Shown piece by piece: positions 25,869 to 39,600 of a stretch of 64,000 nucleotides of DNA (positions are counted from its first letter, which is position 1; each line of letters begins with the position of its first letter). The stretch comes from Azolla caroliniana. Its lineage: Eukaryota > Plantae > Polypodiophyta. The DNA is taken from NCBI GenBank assembly GCA_043228905.1, contig JBHGNT010000017.1, positions 16,802,001 to 16,866,000 on the forward strand. The letters run 5' to 3'. A program made the translations under genes and the position numbers. Below the pieces are notes generated by a model. That model made no database searches and was not told where the DNA came from. It saw only the letters and a program-made list of their open reading frames with translations.

Positions 25869-28800
25869 TGTCAAAGTTAACGTGCGGAAGCGTATGATAG
25901 AACCGGCTCAGCCGGATAGCAATAGAGAATAAGATGAAGGTTTAATGGAGAAGCTTAATACAGAGAGTATATACAGGAGAGACAGAGAGAGCAGAACATA
26001 AACTCAATTAAAAAATAACTCTAAAACTCTGTACATTCAACGTGCTAAACAACACTATTTATACAAGTCCATAAAGGACTGACAGAAGTACTCAGTGCTC
26101 GACAGAGCCACTGCTGGCTGCTTCTTACTGCTCCACGCAACAACCGTGCTACCTAGAGAAAACATGTAACCGGAGGTGGATCGGCGATCCGATGCATCAC
26201 TGACCCAGTCGGTATCTGTATATCCGACCAGCTCTTCAGCTATACCATGCCAGTATAACAGTCCCCGGTCCTTCGTATTGCTAACATACTAGAGTATCCA
26301 GTGTGCGCACTGACGGTGCCCGACGGTCGACATCTGCATGAAATGGCTTATCACAACGACCGGATAATTGATGTCAGGTCGGGTGATTGTCAAGTATCTA
26401 AGACTTCCGACTATTTCTTGGAACTGTTCCTCATTGCAAGCTGGTCCAGAGTTGGGACAAAGCTTTTGGTTCCGGTTCAGGGGTGTGGAGGTAGGTTGGC
26501 ATTCCGTCATGCCGAACTTGTATAGCATATTGAACACATAGTGTCATTGTGAGAGCAATATGCCGTTGGGGGTTCGGATCACCTCGATCCCAAGAAAATA
26601 ATGAAGGTCCCCTAGGTCCTTCATTTCAAATGCGTTCGACAGCTGGGCCTTGACACGGCCGATTTCATTGAGGCCGGGCCCGGTGATGACTGAATAATCT
26701 ACATAAAGTAAGATGCAAACTAGACCGTCCGGACCTTGCCAAATGAACAACAACGAGTCAGATTTAGAGGTCACAAACTCCATCTTACGCAACCGGTGCA
26801 TGATCTTCACATTCCAAGCTTGAGGGGCTTGTTTCAGACCATAAAGCGACTTTTCAAGTTGGCACACCATCGACTTGTTCATCTCCGACTGAAAACCACG
26901 AGGTTGGATCATATAAACCCGTTCTTCAAGGTCACCTTGAAGAAACGCATTCTTAACGTCCATTTGGTGAAGATGCCACCCCCTTGCCACAACAACTGCG
27001 AGTACCACATGAACCATCATCATCTTCGCTATCGGAGCGAAGGTCTCGTCGTAGTCGATTCCGTGGGTCTGTGTGCATCCCTTCTCCACTAACCGGGCCT
27101 TGTACCGGTTAACTGAACCATCGGCATTGTACTTTACCTTATACACCCATTTGCAACCGATTGGTTTACCATGTCGGGGAGGGTCAACGAGGTCCCATGT
27201 GTCGTTGGCATCTACTGCCCGCATTTCTTCCTCCATAGTGGCACACCAATTTGCGTCCTTTGCCGCTTCTATGTAGCTCTCCGGCTCACGCACTTCCGCC
27301 ACCTTAGTCATGAATGCATAATGATGCGCCATGTAATCATTGTACCTGTAGCGTGGAATGGGGTTCTTCTAGCGGGAAGACCGGCGTAACTTGTCATCAC
27401 CCGGTTTGGGGCCCTTCTTGGCCGGTTCAGACTTCGTTCCCGAAGATTCACCTTCATCCTTTCCGGAGTCGGATTTGCTCCGATCCGACTCAACGTCACC
27501 GCTTTCGTATTCCGATAGTTTCTGCTTCCCTTTCTCTTTGCGCGTGAACCATCTCCTCGGTTCCTTGCGTGGGGAGAGCATGACAGAGTCTCCACTATTC
27601 GCCGGTTCCTCATCCGACTGGTCACTTTGACCCAGTCGTTCATTTGGTCCGCTCAACCGAAACGATTCCAAACTCTCTTCTAGAGTCTCAAACTCATCAT
27701 CTTCTATCTGGACCGGTTTAGGCTCACTGGCCTCATCATCCGGAATCGGGTCTTCGTCGGGAGTTAGAGTCGGTAAGGAGTACCATGCTACCGTCTCATC
27801 AAACTTGACATCTCGGCTTACTTAGACCTGCTTAGTTCGGGGGTTATAACACTTATACCCCTTTTGCTCATGCGAGTAACTGACTAGGATGCACTTCTTC
27901 GACTTCGAATCTAGCTTCCTTCGCTTCTCATCCAGTACATGCACATATGCTATGCTACCGAATATCCGAAGGTGTCTCAAATTTGGCTTTCGCTCGAAAT
28001 ATAGCTCATGTGTTGACACCTTGTCACCAATCCGGTTTTGGATGTAGACGGCCGTTCGGATAGCCTCAACCCAGTAGAAATGGGGCATGCTCTTCTCCTC
28101 CCGCATTGCCCTTGCCGCATCCACAATCGACCGGTTCTTTCTCTCGGCCACACCGTTTTGCTCCGGTGTGTATCTACAGTTGAACTCTCTCCGAATTCCG
28201 TTTTGTTGCAGATAACTATTGAATTGGCTGGAAAAGAGTATTCTTTTCCACCATCCGACCGCAAGCACTTGACCTTCCTCTCCATTTCCCGTTCAACTAA
28301 ACTTTGCAAGTTCTGGAAACATTCAAAAACTTCGCTCTTCCGTTCGATGAGGTAGATCCACGTGTGCTGGCTGTAGTCGTCGATGAAGGAGACGAAATAC
28401 CGACTCCCGCCAAGACTAACGTTTTGTTCCGGTCCCCATACATCTGAATGGATTAGATCAAGCTTGTTACGGCTCCGGTTTTGTTCGGTGGGGAATGGAA
28501 GCCGGTGTTGTTTCCTGAGTTGGCAGACTTCACATATTTGGGCCTTCCGGCCACTAAATGTCGGCAATCCGAACACAACTTGTTTCGATTGCAGGTCTTG
28601 AAGCCTCCGGTAATTGATGTGGCCGATCTGGTTGTGCCACAGGTTGATGTCCGACTCAACCTTCTGCCCTTTCGCAAACATAACAGTGCCGACATCATTA
28701 GTGTTGAGGATGAACATCCTCCCTTCCCTATGCCCTTGCGCTATTATCTGGCCTTCTTCTTCGATGAAGCATCCGAGGTGCGTAAACCACACATGCATCC

Positions 28801-30607
28801 CTTGGTCGACTATTTGTCCAGCCAACACCAGGTTCTTTGTGATAGTCGGAACATGTAATACATTCATCAGCTTCCCCTTTTTTCCAACATGGCTTAAAGG
28901 GACTTCTTCGACATGCACAATCGAGTGAGGGGTGTCATCTCCGGTTTCGACAATCCCAAGTTGTTCCGATTTCTCCCAAAAAGAGAACCACTCTTTATAG
29001 CTCATCATGTGGTTGGACGCTCTGGAATTAACGCACCATACTTCGTCCGCTTTGGAAGTAGTCTTCTTCATCGAGTTGGCCTTGTGCTCCATCGAGAAGG
29101 CCTGCCCTTTACCGGTTTTCCTAGTTCTGGATCCTTCCGATCCTTTCGCGTAGTGCGAGCTTTGTCGGTTTTCCCAACCAGCCATACCGAATCCGGATTT
29201 GTCCGAATCGGCGCGCTTCTTCCAGCACTCGCTTTCCATGTGGCCCTTTTTGCCACAGTACCAGCATTCCGTGTCAGCGTTTCCTTGCCAGTTCCCGGCA
29301 CCGCTTTGACTCCCCCTGCTTGTGGAGGGTCCGGAACTGTTGTCGGCACTACCTCTGTGCCTTTGGTCCTGCTCTTGCCAGCCGCCTCCACTGCGTGCCG
29401 ATCCACCTCGTCCACCATGTCCTTGGGGCCGATCTGTCTCCATGTACAGCATCCGGTCATCCGATTGAGTGGTCCTCGACCCACTCGCGTGGTTTTCTTC
29501 GACCATCAACATTGATTGTAAGGCGAAGAAGGATGGTGGCTTCTCCCGTGTGCAGATCGCCGTCCGGATTGGTCCGTACCTTTGTGCTAGACCATCGAGG
29601 CAAATTTGTACCATCTCGTCTTCAACCGCCATCACGTTGATGGACCCGAGTGCGTCACAAATCTCCTTTATCTTGGTGGTGTAATCCGTAATCGACAGTT
29701 CTCTTTACCGGATGTTGTTCAGCTCTTGCCGGGATTGCAACTTACGAGCTGTGGTACTCGCGGCGAAAATCTTCCATAGATTTTCCCAAGCTTCCTTCGG
29801 TGTCTTTGCATCCTTGATGTAGCTAGGCATCTGATCATGCACACCGGACACAAGACAGTACAGTACCCAACTCGCTCCTTGCTCCCATACCGGGAAGTCA
29901 CTGTGTGTCGACTCCGGTGCAACCTCGTTCGTTCGTTCCATGAAGCTCCAATATCTATGCCCCAGCAAGTACTGGTGCATCTTGTATTGACCAGGACGCA
30001 TAGTTGCTTTGGTCGAGCTTCTTTGTTGGAAGTGAACTCACCATTCTTCTGTCCATGTCTTCTCTTTGTCTGTTGTTGCCGGGTTCTACGGTTCGTCTAT
30101 GAAAGCAAGCATCGGCTGTAGAGGTTCTCAACCCTCGCGCTCTGATACCATGTAAATGTTCATGTGCGGAAGAGTCAGACAGAATCGGCTCAGCCAGATA
30201 GCAACAAAAAATGAGATGAAGATTTAATGGAGAAGCTTAACACAGAGAGTATATACGGGAGAGACAGAGAGAGCAGAACATAAACTTTATTCAAAAAATA
30301 ACTCTAAAACTCTGTACATACAACATGCTAAACAACACTATTTATACAAGTCCATAAAGGACTAAGAGAAGTACTGACAGGTACTTCAATATTCCTACGT
30401 GTGTCTGACACTGACTACAAGACAATAAATACCTAGTAGTCTACGCTACTACTAGGCTTCCTGTTCCCGCTCGAATCCGGCTCTCCGATTTGTGTCCCCG
30501 ATTCGGCCGGTTGTTTCCGGATACCGATCCGGCTCATCCTTTCGGATGTCGATCCGGTTCAGGCTTATTCAGCCGATCCAGATCCGGTTGAGCTTGCTCG
30601 CTCAACA
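25869..30607 (-). mobile_element. Ty1/Copia element C
   Basis: 5' LTR 30151-30607; PBS TGGTATCAGAG at 30140-30150; partial 3' LTR 25869-26091; TSD GGAGT at 25864-25868 and 30608-30612. Confidence 0.92.
26092..30056 (-). pseudogene. Copia C gag-pol, frameshifted, RNase H truncated
   Basis: [58 protein letters not shown]; ends after SKKQPAVALSSTE. Confidence 0.9.
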
Positions 30608-33600
30608 GGAGTTGACCATGACTTCTATGCTAGTGTCATCCTTTGTTGAGAATCGAACTCAACTTCCCATAGGAATAGGTTCACACTAGCCCATGGACAT
30701 ACCTGGCTAGTTTTGTAAATAGTAGAAAGGGGAGTTGCCCTAGCTTGGTTGGTATATAAACCAACTCATTGTAACTTAGTTACTATTGAAAGTCTTATGT
30801 AATATACAGTTTGATTATCTCTATCTTGAGCTCACACACACACACACACTCTCTCTCTGTTGCTACACACACACACAGAGTCTCTCATCTTCCGCTGCAT
30901 TGTAATCACCACAGACTCCATTTCTTAACATGGTATCAGAGCGCGTGGTTGTCTGATCACACCTATTCGATTGTGTTGTGTTGCATGCCGACAATCAACA
31001 GAACTGGCTAATCGAAAGAAGAAGAAATCACCATGAAACACTCAGATGGGAAGCGCTCTCCCTACGGAGAAGCTCGACAAAACGAACTTTGCATCTTGGG
31101 AGTACAAGATGCATCAATACCTTCTCGGACAAGGTTACTAGAGCTACATTGAAGGAGCTCACAAAACACAACCCAACCCAACACACGCCGACTATCCCGC
31201 TTGGGAGCACGCCACGAGCCATGTGTTGTATTGTCTAGCATCATGCGTTCATGATCATATGCGTGGCTACATTTGAGAGGCAAAAACGCCGAAGCAGGCG
31301 TGGGAAAATCTCAAAAAGATTTTCGCAGCCAACACGGCTGCACGCAAGGTCCAGCTTAGTCAGGAGCTGATAGCATCCAACAGAGGGACATGTCAATCTC
31401 AAGTTATACCTTGAAGATCAAGGAGCTATGTGACTCCCTCGAATCAAACAACGTCGTCATTGATGATGACGAACTGGTGCAGATATGCCTCGGAGGCTTA
31501 GCACCGTGTTTCAGAGCGATTCGATCAACCATTCTTGCAAGGGAGAACCCTCCCTCCTTCTTCGACCTTCAATCGATATTACTGGTCGAAGAGAATCATG
31601 CCTGACAGAGGAGCAACGCATCAAATGGTTATTTGCTCTACTCCCAGTCAGATAATAGAAGAAATTTTGGCCGTGGAAATAGAGGTCGTTTTGGACAAGG
31701 CCATAATGATCGGCGGAATCAAGGGCGTAACTGCCACCAGTGGCAAGTGGACAGGAACGGGCCCAGAGAGCTTGGCGGAAGGGGGAGTCATAACACCAGA
31801 CCGAGCAATCGCCGAAACCTAGTCGAGTGCGGGTACTGTGGAAAACCCAGCCACTTCGAAGAAGAGTGCCGGAAGAAGAAATGTGAGGCAGGCCAACAAC
31901 TCACGAACTACGCAACAAATTTTAACTACGGCGATCGTGGTGGAATGTTCGTAATGAGGCATAAAGCACACTCAATGTCCAACCATATGACGTCTCATGA
32001 AGATTGGTTCCGGGAACTGCGTAAACCCGATCAACCCGGATATGTCGAGACTGACGATGACACGACTCATTCAATATAGCATATCGGGAATGTCCCATTC
32101 GGAAATGACGGGGACCAAACTTACCTCAAGAACGTCTTGCATGTCCCAACAATCACGAAGAACCTGATCTTAGTAGGTCAGATTGTCAAACAGGGAATGC
32201 AAGTACGATTCAACAATGACGGTTGTGTTGGGTCCCAATGATTTACTACGTGCAAACGGGTATATCAATGGATCTCCCGTATAATTTTTATTAGATTCGG
32301 GAAGCTCACACAATTTTGTAAATGATCGTTTGGTTTAGATATGGGGAATCCAACCCACGGTAAGTGATCACACCTACACGGTGCATTTGGCTGATGGGAG
32401 AGTACAATACATCAACGGGGCGATTCATTCATTAGGAATTTCTATTGATACTTATATAGAGGAAGTAGACTTCCATGTAATGAATCTTTGTACCACTGAT
32501 GTAATATTGTGTTATCCCTGGTTTTATAATAAAAACTCTTCTTTATCTATTGATTGGGTTCATCATTCAATTACATTTGTACTGAAAGATTGTACTCATT
32601 TTATTCAATGTGTAAAAAAACAATCCCTCTCGATTGTTTCCTCGTGTCCATCAATATCTGAGTTGTCTTGTTCTACTCTATTTTATTGTGTACTTGATCC
32701 GGACATTCACGTTTACAATATCGATAATGTCTCGGTTCAATTAACATATTTTGAACAACAACAACTTGATGAAATCTTAAATGATTTTCGTGATGTTTTT
32801 CCGAGTGAACTACCAGATGGCTTACCTCCTAAACGTAATATAGACCATCGTATAGATATTGTACCTGGTGTTGCACCAATAAGTATACCTCCTTATCGCT
32901 TAAGTCGATCCGAAGAGGATGAGGTATCTGAGCAACTCAAGGACTATTTACGAATGGGTTATATACGTTATAGTAAATCTCCATGGGGTGCACCAATTCT
33001 CTTGGTTAAAAAGAAAGAGGGCACATGGCGTATGTGTATTAATTACCGACGCTTGAATAAAGTGACGATCAAGAATTTGTATCCACTGTCCCAGGCCGAC
33101 GATCTAATTGACCGTCTCCAGGGAGCTCGGTATTTTACGAAACTTGATCTCCGTACTGGCTACCATCAAATTCATATAAGTGAGGACGATGTTCCTATAA
33201 CAACATTTCATACGCGCTATGGCCATTATGAGTTTTTGGTTATGCCTTTTGGTTTGACCAATGCTTCGGCTACATTTCAACAAGAAATGAATGACATTTT
33301 CCGAGAACAATTTGGAAAATTTGTCGTTATTTTCTTGGATGATATTTTAGTTTATAGTTGTACATTACAAGAACATGCTAAACATGTCCGCTTTGTTTTA
33401 CAAACATTGCGTGACAAACAGTTTTACGCGAAGATCTCAAAATGTGAGTTCTTCAAGAAATCAATTACTTATCTTGGACATCTGATAACCGAACGAGGAG
33501 TTGAAATTGAACCTTCTCGCATCGAGAAAATCAAGCTTTGGCCCACTCTTTGGAATATTCGAGAAGTTCGATCATTCCTTGGTTTTGTCGGGTTTTTGCG

Positions 33601-34933
33601 AAAATCCCTTCGTAATTATTCCCAATTGATGATGCCGTTTATTGATCTTCTAAAAGGTCAAACGCGTAAGTCTACAAAACCTATTGTGTGGAATGCTATA
33701 CTAGACCTTGCCTTTAAGGAACTCAAGGACCTGGTATGCAAGGCTCCACTTCTTTTACCCGATCCTTCAAAACCTTTTGAGGTTGAAACCGATGCAAGCG
33801 ATTATGCTATAGGTGCTGTCTTATATCAAGATGGTAAACCAATAGCATTCGAGAGTAAGAAACTTGATTCTGCTCAATGTTGGTATACCGTTCAAGAAAA
33901 GGAATTATTTGCAGTTATACATGCGCTCAAAACATGGTGCCATTATCTTTATGGAAATCGCTTTGTGGTAACTACGGACCACGAGTCCTTGAAATATTTT
34001 TGTGACCAACAAGACTTAAAAGGTCGTAAGGCACGATGGGTTGATCTCATCTAGGACTTTGATTTTTCCATATGATATCGTAAAGGTTCCATGAACACTG
34101 TCGCTGATGCACTAGGTCGCATCCGTGAAGTTAACACGCTTAGCTTCATTGAAATATCATCAGATCTTTATGATCACCTTTGAGGAAAGTATCCTGGTGA
34201 CAGTTATTTCGCAAAATACTGGGCAAGAGTTAAGTTTGGAACAAACACCACCACTTCCTCGAAGGAATACTTCCACATTGCTAACGGTCTGCTCTACCGT
34301 AATGGGAAGGTTTGTGTTCCACCTTTACCCGAGGTCAAAAAGAGGATTCTTTTTTAATGCCATGATGCACCCTCAGTAGGGCACCCTGGAATACATCGTA
34401 CACTCGTTCTCATCTCCACTCAATTTTATTGGCCTAAGATGCGTCTTGACATACATAGCTATGTGACTAAATGTCACCAATGTCAGGTTAACAAAGCTGC
34501 GTGACTTAAAGCCGCAGGACTTTTACATCCCTTGGAAATTCCCAATAATAAGTGGGAAAGTATATCCATGGATTTTATTGTTAGCCTTCCTCGCACCCAA
34601 AAAGGCCATGACGCCATCTGGGTTGTGGTTGATTGACTAACTAAAATGGCCAGATTTATTGCTACTAAAACCACGGTAACAACTCCTAAATTGGCTTACT
34701 AATTCGTGGACGAGTTATTTCGTTTTTATGGGCTACCGATGGATATCGTGAGTGATCGAGATCCAAAGTTTACTAGTGACTTCTGTACGCAAGTCTTCAA
34801 GAAGTTAGAAACTACGTTGAGCATGAGCTCCATGGATCATCCTCAATCTGATGGACAAACAAAACGAGTAAATCAAATTATTGAGGACATGCTTCGAGCA
34901 TATGTTGGTATAAAACCGACAAAATGGAAACGT

Positions 34934-36686
34934 TGTCGTGATGTGGCGTGCTCGAGGGTGGGAAAAACTGGCGAAAAGGGGGTAAAAAATGTGCATGTGC
35001 AATGTGTGTGCACACAAAAGCGATTAATTGTGCATATGCAAAATAAAAAGGAAAAGAAAGGGTAAAAGTGAGGTATAGAAGCTCGTGCAAAAAGTAAGAG
35101 AGAGGTGAGATAAAGGGTAGGGGGGAGACAGGTTATAAATTTATAGAGATAGACTTACATATTATATAAGAAAGATTTAGTGGGTTAGTGGATAATCGCA
35201 TTGACTACTAGCTAGAGGTGCAAGGTTTGAATATAGTCTTACAGTGTAGCGTGATTTAAGGAATTTTATTCCTTTTTCATTGAAGACAAATTTGGCGACC
35301 CCCCCTTCTTTTTTTCCTATAAAAGGAGGTCGAGGGGGGGCTCATGGGGAGGGACGTTTTGGGAGGAGGAGACTATCGCCAATTTTCCTTCGAAGCTCTT
35401 CATCTCCTTATTCACCACTTTTCTTCATCTCATACCCCTTCATCCCCCCATCGCCACGTGCTCGTGAGCCCAAGCTTCGTTGGCTCGACGTTGCTCTGCC
35501 CCGTTCGTCGTTGCGAGCCCGTGTGCTTGCCGTTCGGGTGGTCGTGGTTCGTTGGGATTGGCATTTTGGTGGTGCTCGTGTGTTCGTCTTCGCCGTGTTC
35601 GGTTTTGCCTTGTCTCTAAGGGCATTTAATATTTATGTTTTGATTGAGCTTGTGGTTAACTATAAGTTGCCATTGTAAAAAAAAAACCCTATTTTATAAA
35701 GGGTCCTCTTGCATTAGAATCAAACACGTATTTAACTCTTTGGTCATTATTGTTCATGTTTCTTTCTCTCCTTCTTTCTTTATTCGTGTCTTTCTCGTAC
35801 GTTCGGCCGTCTTGTGATGAAGGGACCGTTCGGGCTTGCGCATGCACCTCTCCTCCTCATAAAGGCGTACGAGCATTTGTATGTGTGTTTGTGTCTTCCT
35901 TGTACGTTCGGCCGTCTTGTGACGAGGGGACCATTCGGGCTTGCCCATGCACCTCTCCTCCTCATAAAGGTGTACGAGCATTTTGTGTGTGTGTTTGTGT
36001 CCTCCTTGTACGTTCGACCGTCTTGTGACGAGGGGACCGTTCGGGCTTGCCCATGCACCTCCTCCTCATAAAGGCGTACGAGCATTTGTGCGTGTGTTTG
36101 TCTTCCTTGTACATTCGGCCGTCTTGTGACGAGGGGACCGTTCGGGCTTGCCCATGCACCTCTCCTCCTCATAAAGACGTACGTGCATTTGTGTGTGTGT
36201 TTGTGTCTTCCTTGTACGTTCGCCCGTCTTGTGACGAGGGGACCGTTCGGGCTTGCCCATGCACCTCTCCTCCTCATAAAGGCATACGAGCATTTTGTGC
36301 GTGTGTTTTGTGTCTTCCTCGTACGCTCGACGTCTTGTCACGAGGGAGCGTTCAGGCACGCCCATGCACCTCTCCTCCTCATAAAGCCGTACGGACATTC
36401 GTGTTTGTGTTATCGTCCCCTTGTGCGTTCATGTTGCGTGCTCATCTTGCTTGTACTCGTTTGGTCACTTGGCTCGTACGGTGATCTCGGAAGGTCGACG
36501 AGTCGTGATCAACGAGAGCCACCGGCCTGACAAAACAAAAGGGGAACGAGACCTTGCTCGGGAAGGGGTGGGGAAGTAGTATTGTCATAAAGCAAACCTC
36601 GGGTCTTCTCTATCCCTTGAGTACTCCCTAGTCCGAGACCCCCGTGGTCCCGCCCAAGTAACACATGCGCGCGAAACTTCGGGACA
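34934..36686 (+). mobile_element. Solo LTR G (TGTCGTG...GGGACA) inserted in the integrase of F
   Basis: 4-bp TSD ACGT on both sides; removing it restores KW.RYLPILEF. Its ends resemble those of 58345-59327. Confidence 0.82.
35790..36410. repeat. Tandem array of six ~105-bp units inside solo LTR G
   Basis: Units TACGTTCGGCCGTCTTGTGACGAGGGGACCGTTCGGGCTTGCCCATGCACC... start near 35798, 35903, 36009, 36110, 36215 and 36322. Confidence 0.92.
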
Positions 36687-39600
36687 ACGTTATCTCCCAA
36701 TTTTGGAGTTTGCTTGTAACAGTTCCAAGCATACGTCGACAGGATATATTCCTTTTATGTTGATGTATGGTTTTCAGCCACGAGCCCCAATTGATGTTAA
36801 TATACATCATGATGAGTTGCGAAGTACGCAAAACTTTCTTCGGGATATGCAAGATATGTTGCATATTGCACGAGATAATATAAAAACAGCTCAAGATAGA
36901 GCGCGTTTTTATGCCGACCATCATAGGCAACCTCGTGTATTCAACCCTGGACAGAAGGTATTTTTACATGTACCTCACAATTCTAAGACATTCTCTACGG
37001 GTAAGTGCACTAATTTAGCCCCACGGTTTTGTGGACCTTTTACAGTCCTTAAACGCATTGGGTCATCAACCTATCTTCTCGCTCTTCCCGATGGTGTTGG
37101 AATTCATCCAGTCTTTCATGCGAGTCATCGAAAAGAACTTCTAGGTTCTGGCGACAATACAGTTACAACTAAAACTCTAGTTACTTCTGAAGCATAATCT
37201 TCTAAACCACATGTACCAGAAAGAATTCTAGATGTTAAAACAAAAAAATTACGTACTAAAGAAATCCGAGAATTTAAAATAAAATGGATGGATAAATCAA
37301 CAAAAGATGCCACTTGGGAACGTGAGAATACTCTCAGAACTAACTTCCCTAACTTTCCATTGCAAGAGTGCAATGTTTTAAAGAGGGGGAGTATGTTATG
37401 GGCATGACCATATAATATCCCGTGGTGAGAATTTACCGTAGTATTCTATACACGTGGATAAATGTGAGGGTTAAATGAGAGTGTAAAGAAGGGGAGGATT
37501 ACTTTTTAATCCTTGGGATTGAGACAACCCATTAGGCCAAGTGTGAACATGGCTGGGGGCCTTGGGTATCGCTATAAATAAGAGGCCTAGCTACCCTCAT
37601 TTGATCAGTTGGTTGACTACGTCGAAACTCTGTCTTGTGGTGGGTCAACTCTTGTATCGAGCGCCAACACCAGGTACGACTCGACACCACGACGGTGGTA
37701 TGGGACGCCGATCGAGGCTCGAGTCCGTCTCGATCCCTTCGCTCAGGGGTGGTCGGGTGGATCGACACCCTTCTTTCTCTCTCTCCTTTCTTTCTATCTA
37801 CCTAAATCTATCCTTATCTAATGCTTACTTTAGTACATGTCTCTAATACTACCGAAATCGTATTGGGCAGAAGTAGCAAATACGGCCATATACCTCATGA
37901 ACAGGTGCACAACCTCAAGAGTACATGACATAACTCTGCATGAGAAGTTTTTCGGGAAGATGCCGAACTTATCGCATGTCCGCATTTTCGACTCAATCGC
38001 CTATGTACACATTCCCGATGATACACGGCAAAAGCTCGATCCAAAGTCGGAGAAATGTATCCTCGTGGGATACTCGCTCGATCAAAAGGGGTACAAATGC
38101 TACAACCCAAGTCCGCATCCTGGTACGCACCAGAGAATGCTTCGACTCCGCTCGACGCTATCGTGCCTTTTGGCGCCGGATCATTTGCGTGAGTCGGGTG
38201 GAATCGTTGGGGTTTTGGACTCGGAGAAAGAAGAACATGAGATAATGTTACTTAGGAAGAGATTTTAAGAAGAAGATATGAAACTCATGAATCCTACGAG
38301 TATAATGTATTAATGGGCAATTAGATTGTAAGAGAGAATTAGATAGTAAAATCGTGAATCCCACGAATATTTTGTATTAAATCAATCCTTCTAAAGAAAA
38401 TCAACAACCTCTATACATCTTTCTCTCTTCCTTATGTAGTGTTGGAAGAGTCTAAGTTTATCACATGCAAGCATCTTGCTTTTCCTAACTTTAGTTTTCA
38501 TGCACATTGCATGTGCATTATTAGCTTTCTATCCCATCTTTTCTTTTAACTCAAGTGTGTATGCATGAATAACTTTTTGTACCATGCATATCTTGAATAT
38601 TTACATGGGATAAAGTTTAGTATAACTTTTAAGATGCATAATATGCTAGTATAGTGGTAAGGCTGGGGTTTGTCTACGTGGAGGCACAGGGTTCAAATCC
38701 TGCCCTATGCACGTAATACATATTTTATTTATTTATTTATTATACGTACTCTAAATCGGATATAGTGTGTAATTTCACATAGTGTGTAATTCACACTACG
38801 ACATATTTCACATAGTGTGTAATTCACACTACGACACTCGCCCCCTCCGAACCCACACATCCTCCGGTATGTGCCGAAGTCCCCAATGCTTGCTATTCAC
38901 CTTCATCTGAAGCTTCCTCCAATTCTCCCCTTAAGTCGACTATGAGTTGTAATCCACTTTCTTCGCTTTCCGCATCACTGCGATCTTCTTCCGATTGCTC
39001 CTCCTTGTCGGTCTTGTCTAGGATCACATAGGGTTCTTCATCAGTCCGCTTCTTGAAAATCTTCACCCGTTTCCCGGCTATAGGCACTCGTAGCATCGTT
39101 CCATCCAACTCGCATAGTCGGTAAGTTTCGTTGTCTAAAACTTTCCGAACCTCGTATGGCCCGAACCACCTTTTTGCGAACTTCCGCATCGTTGTATGTT
39201 GATGATCCAAACTACTGTCGTAGACAATCACCCAATCTCCTTCTTTGATCTTCTGCGGTCGTAGTCGGTGCTTTCTGTCGAACCGGCTTTTATTCCGGAA
39301 TCGCGCTTCTTGTTGTTGGCGTATTGCTTCCGCTATGTCTTCTGGTCTTCCCTCTAGTTGTCGTATCCGGACCGCTAGTAGTTCTTCCCGGCTCATCTCT
39401 TCCTTCCACAGTAGCACTGTCCATGTAGCGATCGCGGTTTCTGTTGGCATTACCGGTGCTTGTCCAGTCATGAGTTCTGCCGGCATGTAACCGGTTACGG
39501 AGCTATGCGTTGTCCGATCCGCCCATAGTGCATACGGAAGCATCTGCGGACAATCCTTCACCCTTTCGTCGCATGCTCTGGCAAGTGCTTTGACGATTGG

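Larger units (their letters stand above)
32227..37848 (+). mobile_element. Chromovirus F (relative of the 352-10576 element), lacking its 5' LTR and gag
   Basis: PR-RT-RH ORF 32381-34054 (FLDDILVYS, ETDASDYAIG), integrase and chromodomain remnants, PPT AAGAGGGGGAG, 3' LTR 37394-37848. Confidence 0.88.

Noticed and set aside
35750-36530. CRISPR-like array or repeat-protein ORFs
   Set aside because: Contiguous tandem units with no unique spacers, inside an LTR and in a eukaryotic context with no cas genes.
38648-38710. Functional tRNA gene
   Set aside because: No convincing cloverleaf or anticodon arm; treated as a tRNA-derived LTR module instead.
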